Part shown: positions 1 to 12,784 of the stretch, piece by piece
How positions within the stretch are numbered: position 1 is the stretch's first letter
Layout: every line of letters begins with the position of its first letter
Assembly: GCA_043228905.1 (NCBI GenBank)
Contig: JBHGNT010000001.1
Location: forward strand, 3,472,001-3,536,000
Source: Azolla caroliniana
Lineage: Eukaryota > Plantae > Polypodiophyta
DNA length: 64,000 nucleotides
Reading direction: 5' to 3'
Translations under genes and position numbers: made by a program
The notes under the pieces: generated by a model
Seen by the model: only the letters and a program-made list of their open reading frames with translations
Database searches by the model: none
Told to the model about the DNA's origin: nothing

Positions 1-1419
1 GACTATCTTTATGTGGATATTATTAAAATCAATGTCATGACTCATACATAACTTACGGGATGGTGATATTTCAAATATGAATGATACTCCAAGTATCGAG
101 TAGTCGTTGTGTGTAAAGATATCATGGCATCACGCACACTGTGTCATAAAGTACTTAAGCCCTTTGAAGTTTGAAACCAATATTTTCGTGTTTGTTTCAC
201 ACATAAGATAAACGAGGAACACAATTCATTTACTTTAAAATGAGTAATACACTTGAGCTTGGAATGGCACAATATTGATACTTACCCTCTTGTGAAAACA
301 TTTTCACAAAAGAAGAGGCATCGTAATTGCTTGCATTGCAATACAGGACCTAATGGCCAATTTTACAAAAGAATAATAAAATTACTCAAAAAACCTAGAA
401 AGAGCCTAGTCACATTGTTCCTGAAAAGGTTCTGTTGTAATAAGACAAATGTAGCAAAGGGAGGGCCAACTTTGGGAAGTTATCAAATTCAAAAGGAAAA
501 GTTGATGCACCAATTCTAGTAATATACCAAAGGTAACAATTGTTGGAATGCTCTCTTTAAACATGGTAAGGGAGGAGGGAGTTTGTGAGAGAGAATAACG
601 TTTGAACATGAAGAAGGAAACAACTCATAGAATGCTTCAATCTCGATAATTGCACCATCATCAAAGGTAAGCACATCATCGTCATCTTCCGACAACTTCA
701 AGTAGTCATTGGATCTTCACTTTATCAATAATGCATTGAATCTAGATAGCATACAAAGTAATGGTAATGCTTACTCCATGTTTTCTAGGGTGCGTCAAAA
801 CCTTGACATATTTATGGTGAAAGGATGTCTCCATCAAACATAAAATGAATGTCATGTAGTTTTCGTAGATACAAAAGAGAGGTATTGGCAAAAATTAATG
901 GATGGATGAAGGAGAAACTACCACAACATCCAATGGAAGGGCTTTCTAGTTTTGAAACGTAAAACAATAAGAGAAACATAATAACAAGGGCATTCGATAA
1001 ATTTGTCTATGCCCTTTGCCAATCATTACCCAATGATTATTCTTTTATTTAGCAATGAAGTTAGGTGTTGATAAAGCCAGATGTGGACATCATGATCATA
1101 CAAGAGCCAAGCCTTCAGACACTAGCCACACATGGGAGCACAGACTGTGAAACATACGGCAAAATCTGGAAACCAAGTAAAGTAGAGTTGAATATGGAGA
1201 GAGGAAAACGAAAATTGAAGTCAATATCCTAAAAATGACGAACCACATTCAAATGATAAAAATTCCAAAATCTATCTCAATGCTAGAAAATGGTCAAGCT
1301 GGTGCACACGATGTACTTTCCCACAAAGTAGCTTTGCAAATACATATATGTAGGAACATGTCAACATGACTTATCATGATCAAGCAATGGATTCCAACAA
1401 ATAACATGGGGGGTTAAAT

Positions 1420-1920
1420 ACTTTTTTAAATTTTTTTATTAAGATTTTCTTCAATAGTATTAAGAAAAAACGCCCGAAGGCTACAACTTGAACCTATTTG
1501 CCCAGAAAGTTACAAATTTTTATTTACAATGATGTAAAATAATCCTAAGACCAAATATCAAACTTTGTAGAAGGTGTTGGAATTTGTTGATATTCAAGAA
1601 AGAGTACATGGAAGACGATAGTGCCATTGAGGCTCTTGAGTTGACATTGTAAACAGGGGCAACTTTTTCCATAAGTGAATAAGTATTTTCCTTCTCTTAT
1701 TCACGGTCTCTGTGGAACCATGCATATTATCATCTTGGCCACGGACTACTACCAACAAGTTCTCCCATATATCAAGCAACACATCTGAGAGACGAATGTT
1801 TGCCGCATCATAAAGTCGGTTACATCAACATTTCCATAATGCCCATAACGTTATTGTGGTCACTGTTTTCCAAATCTGGACAGATCACACTTGCTTTCGA
1901 GGTTGCTAAAAGGGACTAAC
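1420..1920 (-). mobile_element. Decayed LINE (L1-like) 3' end
   Basis: Minus-strand translation WALWKC*CNRLYDAANIRLSDVLLDIWENLL resembles the LINE ORF2 C-terminus. A-rich tail near 1422-1440. An 18-nt 3' motif (1471-1488) is identical to the one in the poly(A)/TSD insertion at 19377-19394. Confidence 0.55.
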
Positions 1921-2002
1921 TAATATCAATATTCTATTATGTGTCACAACACAATGACATAAAATACAGAGTTGATGAGGATTAAACTTGCAACCTCACT
2001 TC

Positions 2003-2826
2003 TGACAGGAACTACACGCTCCCTAAGCACAACGCTCGGCCACAACCGAGCTTAGAATCAAACACAGAAAACAGGAATGAACGCACGACACAAAGAAGAG
2101 AAGAGTACACGGGATGTTAACGTGGAAAACCCAAACTAGGGAAAAACCACGGCAGCCCACAGATTGCAAACTATCACTATATCGCAATGTACAACAGTAA
2201 AGCACCGAGGCAACGACCTTGAGCTTGCTATCTTCGCCACAGGCGGCGGTTACAACAGAGGCAATGACCTCTTCCTCTCTCTCTCACTCTCTCACTCTCT
2301 CTCTCTCTCTCACTCACTCTCTCTCTCTCTCTCTGTACACAGTTGTGCGCTCTAATCTTGCGCCAACAAGAATGACAACAACTCTTACAATAAGTTTGCC
2401 CTAAGTCATATTTATACTAATATGAGTTTTCGACTATTTACAAATATAGCCCTGATGGACTCTCAGAAGACATATTTACGAATATGTCCCTTCATCCGGT
2501 GAGCACTCCTCACCGGGCCTGCATCATCCGGCTCTTGTCGGGTACTTGTCATCCGGTTCTCACCGGGTCTTCACCATCCGGCTCTTGCCAGGTACTCGTC
2601 ATCCGGTTCTCACCGGGTCTGCACCATCCGGCTCCTGCCGGGTACTCGTCATCCGGTTCTCACCGGGTCTTCACCATCCGGCTCTTGCCGGGTACTCGTC
2701 ATCCGGTTCTCACCGGGTCTTCCGTTGCCGGGTACTCGTCATCCGGTTCTCACCGGGTCTTCCGTAGCCGGGTAGTCGTCATCCGGTTCTCACCACTTCC
2801 CATCCGGAGGGACCTGTTTCCTAACA
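2003..2826 (-). mobile_element. Ty1/copia solo LTR (same family as the LTRs of element C3)
   Basis: TG...CA ends with 5-bp TSD ACTTC (1998-2002 and 2827-2831). Homologous to 47174-47773 and 51854-52564. Confidence 0.93.
2510..2795. repeat. 50-bp CCGG-rich tandem repeat in copia U3
   Basis: Unit CACCATCCGGCTCTTGCCGGGTACTCGTCATCCGGTTCTCACCGGGTCTT starts at 2572, 2622 and 2672, with partial copies on either side. Confidence 0.9.
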
Positions 2827-3444
2827 ACTTCAACAAGACGTCACGCTCAACCATTTTGATATGAGCAAGTATTTGTATATAATGGTTTAGTATTGTACAA
2901 TCTAGCATATAATACATTCAAGAATATACCCATCTTTAGTACGACACGATGACATAAAATGCATAGTTGGTGAGGATTGAACCTACAACCTCACTCAACA
3001 AAATATCATGGTCAACCATTTCGATATATTAAGCTTTTATTTATATATAATATACTTGATCTAATAATTTAGTCACATATCTTTAGAAAGTTCTAGAACT
3101 AGATGGTTCTAAAGGGTTCCCGAATATTCTAATGCATGTACTAGTATAAATACTTGTAACCTCCTTGGTCCCTTTCAGGGGATTCAACACTAGTCATTGA
3201 CACATCAGTCGAGTATTCTCATTTCATGTCATATTGTCTCCTTTATCTTCATATTTTTCTTCATGCTCTCTAGTTAATCCTAGCTTCATAAGTTCATAGA
3301 CTCATCACTCACAATTTCTAGAGTTCCTAGCCTCGTCACTTCTAGCTCCAAGTTCGTGGCCTGTCGCTCATAGCCCCATCATTTGTGCTCCGTCCTAGTT
3401 CACGCTTGGTGTGTGACTCCAACATTCACAGATAGATAATATGC

Positions 3445-3850
3445 ACATGAGAATAGAAGAAACTCGAATGGATGAGTTGATGAATTGAAAGACTCTAGGA
3501 CTGGTGTTGTTCACCTTGATTTTAATCTAGGTGAACACACATATTTATACAAGTTCTAAAATTAAATATCTCTAGAATATACACGAGAAATATCTCTAGA
3601 ATATATCCGACAAATATCTCTAGAATATACCTGTCTAGAATATACCATAAAATATTTCTAGAATATACTAAAGACGGGTATATTCTGGAATGTACTATAT
3701 GGTAGACCATATAATTCTAAACCATTATATACAAATACATGCTCATATAAAAATGGTTGAGCATGACACCCTGTTGAAGTGAGGTTGCAAGTTTAATCCT
3801 CACCAACTATGTATTTTATATCATTGTGTCGTGACATTATCATCCCCTTT
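3445..3850 (-). mobile_element. Chromovirus-type 3' LTR with PPT; left end approximate
   Basis: Minus strand reads AAAGGGGATGATAA|TGTCAC at 3850-3831. 3501-3519 is the reverse complement of 44678-44696 in another chromovirus LTR. Short AAATATCTCTAGAATATA-type repeats at about 3565-3690. Confidence 0.65.
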
Positions 3851-3874
3851 ACGACCGCCTTTTCGAAAGCATAG

Positions 3875-4105
3875 TATAGGGGTGAACGAGAATTGGAGCA
3901 CCGACGAGCGTGAGCAACCATGTGTTGTCCTCACCGGAGACTGGAATACCAACAGATGGGAGCAACCATGTGCAGTCCTCACCGGAGACACGAACACCAA
4001 CGGATGTGAGAGAGCATGTGTAGTCCTCATGGGGATTTGGAACACCAACGGGCATGAGCAACCATGTGCAATCCTCACAAGGAACTTGAACACCAATGGG
4101 CGAAG
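3875..4105. repeat. About 60-bp degenerate tandem repeat (about 4 copies)
   Basis: Recurring GAGCAACCATGTG..GTCCTCAC..G..GAACACCAAC at about 60-bp period, upstream of the minus-strand PPT. Confidence 0.75.
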
Positions 4106-4798
4106 GAGTGCAAGTGAAGCGTCCGATTCGACATCTTCTATCATGAGAGGGTAAATAGTCGAGGTTGACCCAAAACACAACACAAACAGTAGCGCTAGCG
4201 AGAAACCGACGCGATCCCCACCAGGAAAGTGAGCAGTTGTGATCCCCACCGGAACTAGAAGGTGAGCGATCGAAATCGATCCCCGTCAAAGGAAAGTGGT
4301 GTGAAATGTGGACCAAAATGAAAATGGAGTGCAAACAAGCAATGATTTGATCCCCACCAGGGAAGTGAGCGGTTGTAACACTCATCGGAACTAGGAAGTT
4401 GAGCGATTGAAATCAATCTTCACCATATTGTGATGCAAAATGATACCTATAGATGATGACAATGATAGTGATGATGATAATGATCAACCAAGCAAAGTAG
4501 TGTTGACAAAGATGAAGGATTGACGAAGTAGCGTTGATGAAGACAACAAGAGGTGCTGAAAATGATGATGTCGAAGACAAGGCAACGAAGACAACAACGA
4601 CGAGGAAGCGACTCTCGAAGCAAGGACGATTGTGATGACGATGTCTCTAAAACCAAGTATGTTGATGATAGTTACTTTGGAAGCAATGACGATGATGATG
4701 GTATCTCTAGAAGAAAAGATGGAGGCAATGAAGAAAATGGGCAATGCTTCCAGTTGGAAGGTCACCATTATGGAGCAAGCTACCCATTTGTGTGTTCA

Positions 4799-6975
4799 TG
4801 TTGAGGTATCAAGCTCAACGAGGTTTAGTTATTTAGTTAACCATGTAACTTAGTAATTACATAATTAGAATCTAGTTAGAAATGTTGATCTTAAAGCCTT
4901 AAAGATGATTTTGTACTTGTGGGGATAAATTCTAGATCCTCCACCACCAAGTTCATTGAATATAGGACTTACATCCTTGTACCTATATTCTCCTCACATA
5001 TGTGCACCCTTGCACATGAGATGTATATATATATATATATATATATACCTCATTGTGGGTATCTTTGTTCTTTGATGCTTATTAATATAGAGAAAGGTTA
5101 TCTAGCTACACTCTTGTTAATCATCCCCCATTTTATCTTATTGTTCATAAGTGTAACTTCCTCTCTCTCTTTCTCTCACACACATACACACATATCACAT
5201 AATCCCTTACGGCTTAATCATATACGTGATTAACTACTCACATAATTAGATATTAATTAACCCTTAGTTAATTACCTAATTATTAACATGGTATCAAAGC
5301 GTGTGCTTTAGCAAATCCACTAAGCCCATCCGCCTTATAGTGATTGTGTGTTCAAGACGCCGACAACAAATCCGACTATCCGTTACTGTAGTGCCACTAC
5401 ATAGCACGCATACATGACCGAAGGAGGACAAGCCAAAAAGCAAGACATTACATCAACATGAACACACAAATGGGTAGCTCGATCCATAGTGAAAAGCTCG
5501 ATTGAAGCAATTTCTCATCTTGGGAGTACAAGATGGACCAAAACCTAGTCGGCTAAGGGGGTATTGGAGCTACATCAACGACGCCCTCGAAAACAAACCC
5601 GACATCACAAACGCCAACTACCCAACATGGGAGCAAGGGGCGAGTTGGATGATGTACTGTTTGGTAACATGTGTCCATGATCACATGCTTTGTCACATTT
5701 GAGACTCCAAGAAGCCTAAAGAAGTGTGGCTGAATTTGAGAAAAATCTTCGCTCCCAACACGACCATCCGCAAGCTTCAACTCTGGCAAGAGTTGAACAA
5801 CATTCGACAAAAAGACATGTTCGTGTCGAACTACACATCCAAGATCAAGAGCATTTGGGATTCACTTAGGTCCATCAACATAAACATTGAAGAGGACGAA
5901 TTGGTGCAAGTGTGCTTGGGTGGACTCGCACAACGGTTCGACCCGATAAGGACAACAATCTTAGCGAGGGAGAACCCTCCTTCATTCTTCGGCCTTCAAT
6001 CCATGTAATTGGTTGAAGAGAATCATGTCAAAACAAAAAGCAAGATGTCGGAAGGACATATATTCTTCTTGAACTCAGAAGGTGGTCAAGGATGCGGTTT
6101 CAGAGGAGGACAAATCGGCTGGAATCACGAAAGTAACTCAACCCTTCGACAAGCAAACGGAAATACTCAAGGAACCTTTAGAAGAGGGGGGAGCTTCCGT
6201 CACTTGCAACAACTATGGTAAAATTAGCCACCGCAAAGAGGAATACCGAAAGAAAGGAAGCGAGTAAGCCTCCACAAGTTAGCAAGTCATCAACTACGTC
6301 ACCAACTCCAAATTCGAAGACTATGCAGGCATGTTCGTCATGAGACACAAAGCAAACACTATGTCGGCATCTAGTTCGGCCAACATTTCCACATAAGAGG
6401 AACTATGGTTCGTCGACTCAAGCGCCTCAAATCACATGACGTCTCACGAAGAGTGGTTCAATGATTTGTGTACGCCCGATCGACCCGACTACATGGAGAC
6501 GGGAGACGACACCACACACACCATTCGACATATTGGCAATGTTCCTCTTGGCAAGGGCAACAACAATTACATCAAGAATGTCTTGCACGTTCTAACAATA
6601 ATGAAGAATTTGGTCTTAGTCAGCCAAATCGTGGAGCAAGGCATGCAAGTTCGTTTCAACAATGGAGGCTACTTTATAGAAAAGAATGGCCGACTCATAG
6701 CTAGAGGATGGAGAGAAGGCCAAATGTTTATTCTCAATTCGGATGAGGTAAAATCGGGTGCTCAAGGTTGAATCGAATATCAAGTTGTGGCACAAGAGAA
6801 TCAACCACGTCAACCTCCAACGACTTTGAGCTATGCAGTCGAAGGGAGTAGTTATTGGACTTCCGACCCTTGAGTCGAAACGAGTCGACCGTGTGTGCGA
6901 AGCATGCCAACTCGGCAAACAACATCGAATCCCATTCCCAAAGGGGAGCTACGTAAGCAAAGGCCTCCTTGACGT
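4799..6975 (+). mobile_element. Truncated decayed Ty1/copia: 5' LTR (to 5288), tRNA-iMet PBS, gag-protease-GAG-pre-integrase
   Basis: TTAACA|TGGTATCAAAGC at 5283-5300. Fragments include WLNLRKIF, zinc-knuckle remnant, WFVDSSASNHMT, LWHKR and CEACQLGKQHR, with many stops. Cut at 6976 by an LTR. LTR start is tentative. Confidence 0.85.
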
Positions 6976-7330
6976 TGTCATGAAGATTCGCACGCGTGCG
7001 TGCTTCGCTCGAGTGGGACCACCGGGGTCTTGGACCAAGGAGGATGTTTGCCAAGTTAATTTAAAGATGATGTGAACAATCGAGTCGAGGAAGACAATCT
7101 CACACTTGGAGAGAACAAAATTTTGTACACTTTGAGAAGAAGATAGATGAGAGGACGAAAGATGCGAAGAAGAATAAGAAGAATATTATATTATTGATGA
7201 TGATGATGATGATCTTACAATTTAGCCGCCCCCTTTACAGAAGCCTTACTAGGGTTTTTATAGGTTTAACCATGCTTCCAAGCACAAAACCATGGGCTTG
7301 GACTTGGCATGGTTTCTGTGCACACAGTTT
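6976..7330 (-). mobile_element. Partial LTR (U5 end) of the tRNA-Trp-primed family; right limit approximate
   Basis: TGTC start followed by the family motif GGACCACCGGGGTCTTGGAC at about 7016-7035. Flanked on the left by ACGT. Confidence 0.65.
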
Positions 7331-9854
7331 TATACGATTGTTTCCTATTCAATATGAAAATAAAATATATAGATCTAAAGTATTCAACAATACCTCTAGT
7401 GGTAAGTCAATTGTCTCCTATCGTGGAGGTGCAAGGTTTCAAATCTTGTTTGCACCCCTCTGTATACACAAAAATGCCACTAGGCCTTAGGCTTATTTTC
7501 ATATTTACAAGTATTTGGGTAATGCGCGTACCTAAGTACACATCCAAGGCAACGTGGAGGGGATTTGATGATTAGGTGGAAACCCCAGACAAGGGGCTGA
7601 AGGTCCTCGATGTGTTTTCGACATTCAAAAGTCGATTCGGGAGGTAGTTCGCGAGAGATCAAGCTATCCTCGCACCAGACAAATTCATCATGTTCCTACG
7701 CGCTATGGATGTCCGGGACTGGAAAGATCTGGGAGTGCTTCTAGAGGATACGACTACTGAGAGTGGCCTCACCAATACATGGAAAAATGTGCGGGGCATC
7801 ATTGCGTGATACACAAAGAGGAGGCAATGGATCGGTAATGAAGAAAAGTGGGTTTTGGAACCAATTCTGAGACTAAGAGCCGGATTGGAAGACCATCAAC
7901 CATTGGCTCAGGAGACTATGACCGAGAAGGGAATCGATGCAACCACAGTGGAGTAGTTGCTAAAGGACACGGAGAATCTCAAAATTGCGATGCTGAAGAA
8001 GTCAAAAGATCAAGTATATGGACTGTCGGTGCATATGGTGCGATAGCACCAAAAATGATCTGAAGGATTGCGATGAGCACAAGGAGCTCTACAACGGGAT
8101 CTCATCTAGTATGATGGAAATCGAATCCATTCGATGGACTCTCGGAAGCCACTCCAGCCGAACTTCCGAAAAGGCGCCATGAAGAAGGTCCTAGAGGAGG
8201 AGATGGCGGGAAAAAGCAATAATGCGACAACTACGGGAATACGTGTGTGCGATGTTGAGAACTCGACGTTCCTTATGTTCGACGCTCGGCCACAACCGAG
8301 ATTCTTTTCATACACAGAAAAAAAAAACAGGTAATGAAACGCGACACAAAGGAGAGAAATGGTACACAGGAGGTTTACGTGGAAAACCCCAAAATAAGGG
8401 AAAAACCACGGCAGCCCACAGGCGGCAAACTGTCACTATGTAGGAATATCATACAACAGTGAGTTCACTGAGGCAACGACCTCGTGCTCTCAGATCTTCG
8501 CCACAGGCGGCGGTTACAACAGAGGCAACGACCTCGTCTCTCTCTCCTTCTCTCTGTACAGTTACGTGCTCTCTCTTCTTCTTGCACCAACAAGGAAGAA
8601 TAACAACAACAAAAACGACACACACTAAAAGTTTTCCCTAAGTCATATTTATACTAATATGACTTTTCGGCTATTTACAAATGTAGCCTCGATGGGCTCT
8701 CAGAAACATATTTACGAATATGTCTCTTCCTCCGGTTCATACCGGGCCTACACCATCCGGCTCTCCGCAGTCGGGTACTCCCCATCCGGTTCATACCGAG
8801 CCTACACCATCCGGCTCTCCGCAGTCGGGTACTCCCCATTCGGTTCATACCAATTCGGCCTCGGCCTGTCGGCCTCGGCTGAGTTTGTTCGTCGGCACTG
8901 TTCTTCTCCCTTCCCATCCGGAGGGACCTGTCTCCCAACAAACTCCCCCTTCACTCCGGCATGGGGTGTCTTTCCAACCCGATTCTCTTCCGGCATGCGT
9001 CCAACTTGTCGGGTGTCAGCACTTTGGTCAGCATATCTGACCCGTTCTTGGCCGTGTGGATCTTCGTCAGTGCGAACTCCTGGTCATCTACCCTTTCCCG
9101 GATCCATTGATACCTCCGCTGGATATGCTTCGTCCGGGAATGGTAGGCCGCATTCTTAGCAAGGTGGATGGCACTTTGACTGTCGCAGTAGAGTTGGTAT
9201 TCCTCTTGCCGGATACCGATGTCGCGTTGTTACGCGCGTGCGTGTAGAAGGGGCAGGACCGCGGGGGTCTTGGACTAGGGAGTGGAGGAGAAAGAATAGG
9301 ACATAATATGGAGGCTTAGCTCAAGAGGAGAAGAGGAAAGAATAAGATCACGACATCGAAGGAGGGATCGGCGGAGGCAAGATGCTCAACAAGTTATATT
9401 AAAACAACGAATGGTTACAACAATGGTGGCCGCCATGGCCGCACCAAAATGACTATCCGAAAACCCTAAAGGGAAACCCAAGAAGAAAACCCTAACCGAA
9501 ACCCTAACCCTAAAACGAAATGGGAAGAGGGAGAACCCTAGACTAAGTGGTATACCTTACTCGCACAAAATAGGCAACCCCTTCATAAGTGACCCCTCCC
9601 TTCCTTTTATAGCCCAAGGAGGGAGGGACCTTACAATGTGGGACAAAATTTTCCCCTCTCTTTCTATACACCATATCCTAGTATACATGTGCACATGTTG
9701 CACACCACCGACTTGCCCCTTCCACCCCGGTTTCCGCCTATGGACGAAAATCTTCACGACATCCACCCCCACCAAACCGCACATCCACCGGTATGTGCCA
9801 AGAAAGGAAAAGGGTGAGAGATTTCGTCCATGGTAATTAACCGGGTCTTTCGCC

Positions 9855-11639
9855 TTACCGACACCCAACCGCCTTGCCGGTCCCTTGTTGGCGCCGATCC
9901 GTCTTGCCGGCCCCGACCCGCCGACTCCATCCGATCCACCACGTCCACCGCGTTTCCCCGAACCGTCGGCTCCATCCAATCCGCCATGTCCGGCGCATGC
10001 ACCTTCTTCTTCGACCGGCCATCCTGAACACCGTTGCCGATCCGGTCTCCCTTCCTTCGCTCACCGCGCATGTCCTCCGGTTAGACCCCCGATTACTTCG
10101 ATTGCTCGTCGGGTGCCGCTCCTCGCGAATCGCGTGTGTTCCACCTCCGGCTCGACCTTCTCCTCGCCCCGAATACCTCGTACCGACTCCCTTCGTTCTG
10201 CACTCAGCTTCCGTAGGCACTTTCCGTGCGTCGTTGTCGTCCATCGAATGCGTGCTCGTTCTTCGGTCCTTACGTGACCCCATTACGCGCTCCTTGCCTC
10301 TCCTTTGCCCGTCGTGCTCTCTCACCGTAGAACGTACCGTCATCCCGACCTCCGTGTCGGTGTCCCTCGAGGCTCTCTTTACCGCCTCGCCTCGACTTGC
10401 GCCCTCTTGGCCCGCTTGGCCTTGTATGTCCTCCGGGAAGCCGCTGCGTTTTCTCTTCCCGGTGTGTACCCCGTTGTTCTCCGCGCACCATCCTTCGCTC
10501 TCGCCACCCATCCGCTGATCTCGGCACCTTACGGCTTCGTCTCTCGCCACGTGCTTGTCTCTCAAAGGCTCGACCGGTCCACCGTTGCCGGTCACTCGTT
10601 GCCGCTCTTCCGGGTGCATGCTTACTTCTTGGCCCTTCGCTGGCCGTAGTGCATGCTCCGTTTTACGCCGTAGTGCATACTTCGTATTACGCGCCTCATC
10701 TGTCGTAGACTCGACCTCCGCGTCGGTCTCTTCGTCCTTTCTTGCCGTAGCCCCTTTCGACTCCGGCTTGCCGTCTTGGCCGTGCTCATCCGTCTTCACG
10801 CACCGGGTACCCGTTCTAGTGGCCTCGTCAGTTCCGGTCTCCGACTCCTCGCCGCCAATCGTCGTGTCTCCGGTCTTATGTTGATCCGCAACCGCCGAAG
10901 TCTCAAGGATAGATGTGGAGGGCTCCTCTCGCTCTCGGTCTTCTGCCAAGCCGTAATCACCGTGCCCGGTTAGCTTCCTTCTCGCGCTCACCGGCTCCCA
11001 CCGGGTGTTGTAGCCCGTTCGCCTCGACCTCCAACCGTGCCAACTTTGCCTTCGCCCGGATCGGTCTCGGCCGATCGAGTTCCGGTTAGGTCGGCTCCCT
11101 TCCGTAATCGTAACCGGCCGGTAGATGTTTGTTCGAACAAATCCGACCTTGCCAGCTCTTCTTCGGTTCGGGCCCGGTTGACCAGACCCCGCTCCAATGT
11201 TCTTCCGCGTTGTCTTCCGGTCATGTCGGATTATCGACCGGTCCATCTTCCGGTCGGGTCGGTTCTCGACTCTCTCCTCTTTGCCGCTCCCGACCTCTCC
11301 GTCGGTCCTCTCGTATATGCCCGTTCCGGGCCTCGCGTCCTCATCTTCGTACGTGTTCGCTCCGGGCCACACCTCCTCACGGCCACCGCCCTTCTCTCCG
11401 GTCTTATGTTGGCATTCGAGCGCAATCGCCGTAGTCTCCGGTCTCAGTGTCGAGAGGTCTTGCCTCTGTCCGCTATGACCTTCCTCGTCGTCATTTCGAT
11501 CGTCCGCTTTGCCGCCGCCACCTTCCGTCTCTCCGGTCTCACGTGGGCTCTCGGGGCCGACTGCCGAAGTCTCTAGAATAGGTGTGGGAAAAGTCCCGAT
11601 ACCGTTACTCGCCGATGCCATGTTCGTAGCCACCTTCAT
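9855..11639 (-). CDS. Low-complexity ORF of element B, possibly a frameshifted continuation of the gag tail
   Basis: 594 aa, charged and Gly/Arg-rich. Shares the P(I/V)LE(T/A)...GGGGKA repeat with the upstream ORF. No recognisable domain. Confidence 0.35.
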   Translation of the reverse strand: MKVATNMASASNGIGTFPTPILETSAVGPESPRETGETEGGGGKADDRNDDEEGHSGQRQDLSTLRPETTAIALECQHKTGEKGGGREEVWPGANTYEDEDARPGTGIYERTDGEVGSGKEERVENRPDRKMDRSIIRHDRKTTRKNIGAGSGQPGPNRRRAGKVGFVRTNIYRPVTITEGSRPNRNSIGRDRSGRRQSWHGWRSRRTGYNTRWEPVSARRKLTGHGDYGLAEDREREEPSTSILETSAVADQHKTGDTTIGGEESETGTDEATRTGTRCVKTDEHGQDGKPESKGATARKDEETDAEVESTTDEARNTKYALRRKTEHALRPAKGQEVSMHPEERQRVTGNGGPVEPLRDKHVARDEAVRCRDQRMGGESEGWCAENNGVHTGKRKRSGFPEDIQGQAGQEGASRGEAVKRASRDTDTEVGMTVRSTVREHDGQRRGKERVMGSRKDRRTSTHSMDDNDARKVPTEAECRTKGVGTRYSGRGEGRAGGGTHAIREERHPTSNRSNRGSNRRTCAVSEGRETGSATVFRMAGRRRRCMRRTWRIGWSRRFGETRWTWWIGWSRRVGAGKTDRRQQGTGKAVGCR

Positions 11640-11659
11640 TCGGACGCCGTGGTCCGTGG

Positions 11660-12784
11660 CTATCTCTTCCTCGTTCTCTTCGTCGCCTGGTAGGCCGCCT
11701 TGCCGCCACCACCGCCCGTCGCTCTAGGTCTCACGCCGGCACTCGAGCCGGCCGCCGGAGCCTCTAGGACCGGTATGGGTAAGGACCCGGCACCGCCACT
11801 CGTTGTGTCAGTAGCCGCTTCCGTCCGGTCGTCGTTGTCCGCGACTACCCCATCTCCGATTCCGCAAACCTCGATTACGCTTGCCACCATCTCTCCCATG
11901 CCGTCGTCTCGGTTGCCCGCCTTGCCGCCGCCACCGTCCGTCACTCTAGGTCTCACACTGGCTCTCGGGCCGGATGCCAGAGTCTCTAGGACCGGTGTGT
12001 GTAAGGTCGCGGCACCGCCGCTTGTCCGCTCCTCACTCAATGTTTCGGGCCGCCATGTCCCGAATCCGTAGTTACCGGCCTCCATGGCCGTCCCTTCACC
12101 GCAAGGCAAGAGGGTCGCTTGCTCCGCACCCTCTCCTATCTCGCCGTCGTACACTCTCCCGGCCTCCGTATAGGCCCCGTCTTCTACGTCTAGGGAGGCT
12201 TCTTCCTCCGCATCCTCCAATCGCCTCCGGCCCGTCTCCATAACAAGCCCTTCTTCGGCTCCGATTTTCGCCTTCACAAGCTCGCATGCCTCTCGTATTA
12301 GCGCTTCTAGGTTGAGCTCCTCCGAACCGTTTTGCGTTGACCTCTTTTCCGGCGGTAGTGCGTACTCACTCGCCGCTCTCTCTTCTCTGCCGCTCGCGGG
12401 CCACGTTGTTGCCGACCGCTCCCCATCGGGTTGCCGGCATACCCACTCCGGTTTTGCGTATCCGCACGCTTCCAATAGGGCTACCTCCAAGGACACCCAC
12501 GACTCGTGAGCTTCTCGTAGCTCCTTGACCTCCTTGTGCACCGATGCGGCCGCCACTCGAGGAAAATAATCTAGCCGCATCTCCTCGTCCACGCCCCCTT
12601 TCGCCATCTCGGCCTCGCACGCTTCCAAGAACCTCGGGACATCGTCCCCGTTGAATCGGCCGACTCGATCGACCACCCTTTTGACGACTTGTTGAGCCGC
12701 ATCTCGCTTCGCCATCTTCCGTCCGGCTTCCATCACGATTTTTGCCATCATCTCCTCGAAGTCCAAGTCTTCTTCCATCTCCAT
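11660..12784 (-). CDS. Gag-like protein of element B (capsid-like N-terminus plus acidic repetitive tail)
   Basis: 374-aa ORF starting just after the PBS. VGRFNGDDVPRFLEACEAEM is homologous to IGRFSGKDATKYLASYGAEM in element E and to the gag of element D. Confidence 0.7.
   Translation of the reverse strand: MEMEEDLDFEEMMAKIVMEAGRKMAKRDAAQQVVKRVVDRVGRFNGDDVPRFLEACEAEMAKGGVDEEMRLDYFPRVAAASVHKEVKELREAHESWVSLEVALLEACGYAKPEWVCRQPDGERSATTWPASGREERAASEYALPPEKRSTQNGSEELNLEALIREACELVKAKIGAEEGLVMETGRRRLEDAEEEASLDVEDGAYTEAGRVYDGEIGEGAEQATLLPCGEGTAMEAGNYGFGTWRPETLSEERTSGGAATLHTPVLETLASGPRASVRPRVTDGGGGKAGNRDDGMGEMVASVIEVCGIGDGVVADNDDRTEAATDTTSGGAGSLPIPVLEAPAAGSSAGVRPRATGGGGGKAAYQATKRTRKR

Larger units (their letters stand above)
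1942..3425 (+). mobile_element. Degenerate chromovirus-type LTR interrupted by a copia solo LTR; right end approximate
   Basis: Starts TGTCAC. 1942-2002 plus 2832-2890 match the reverse complement of about 3715-3836. The start is partly repeated at 2941-3030. TATAAATA at 3145. Confidence 0.55.

Noticed and set aside
2510-2795. CRISPR-like repeat array
   Set aside because: Units are contiguous without unique spacers, lie inside a copia LTR, and no cas genes are present.
4400-4800. Asp/Met-rich short ORFs
   Set aside because: Degenerate GAT/GAC/CAA low-complexity sequence.
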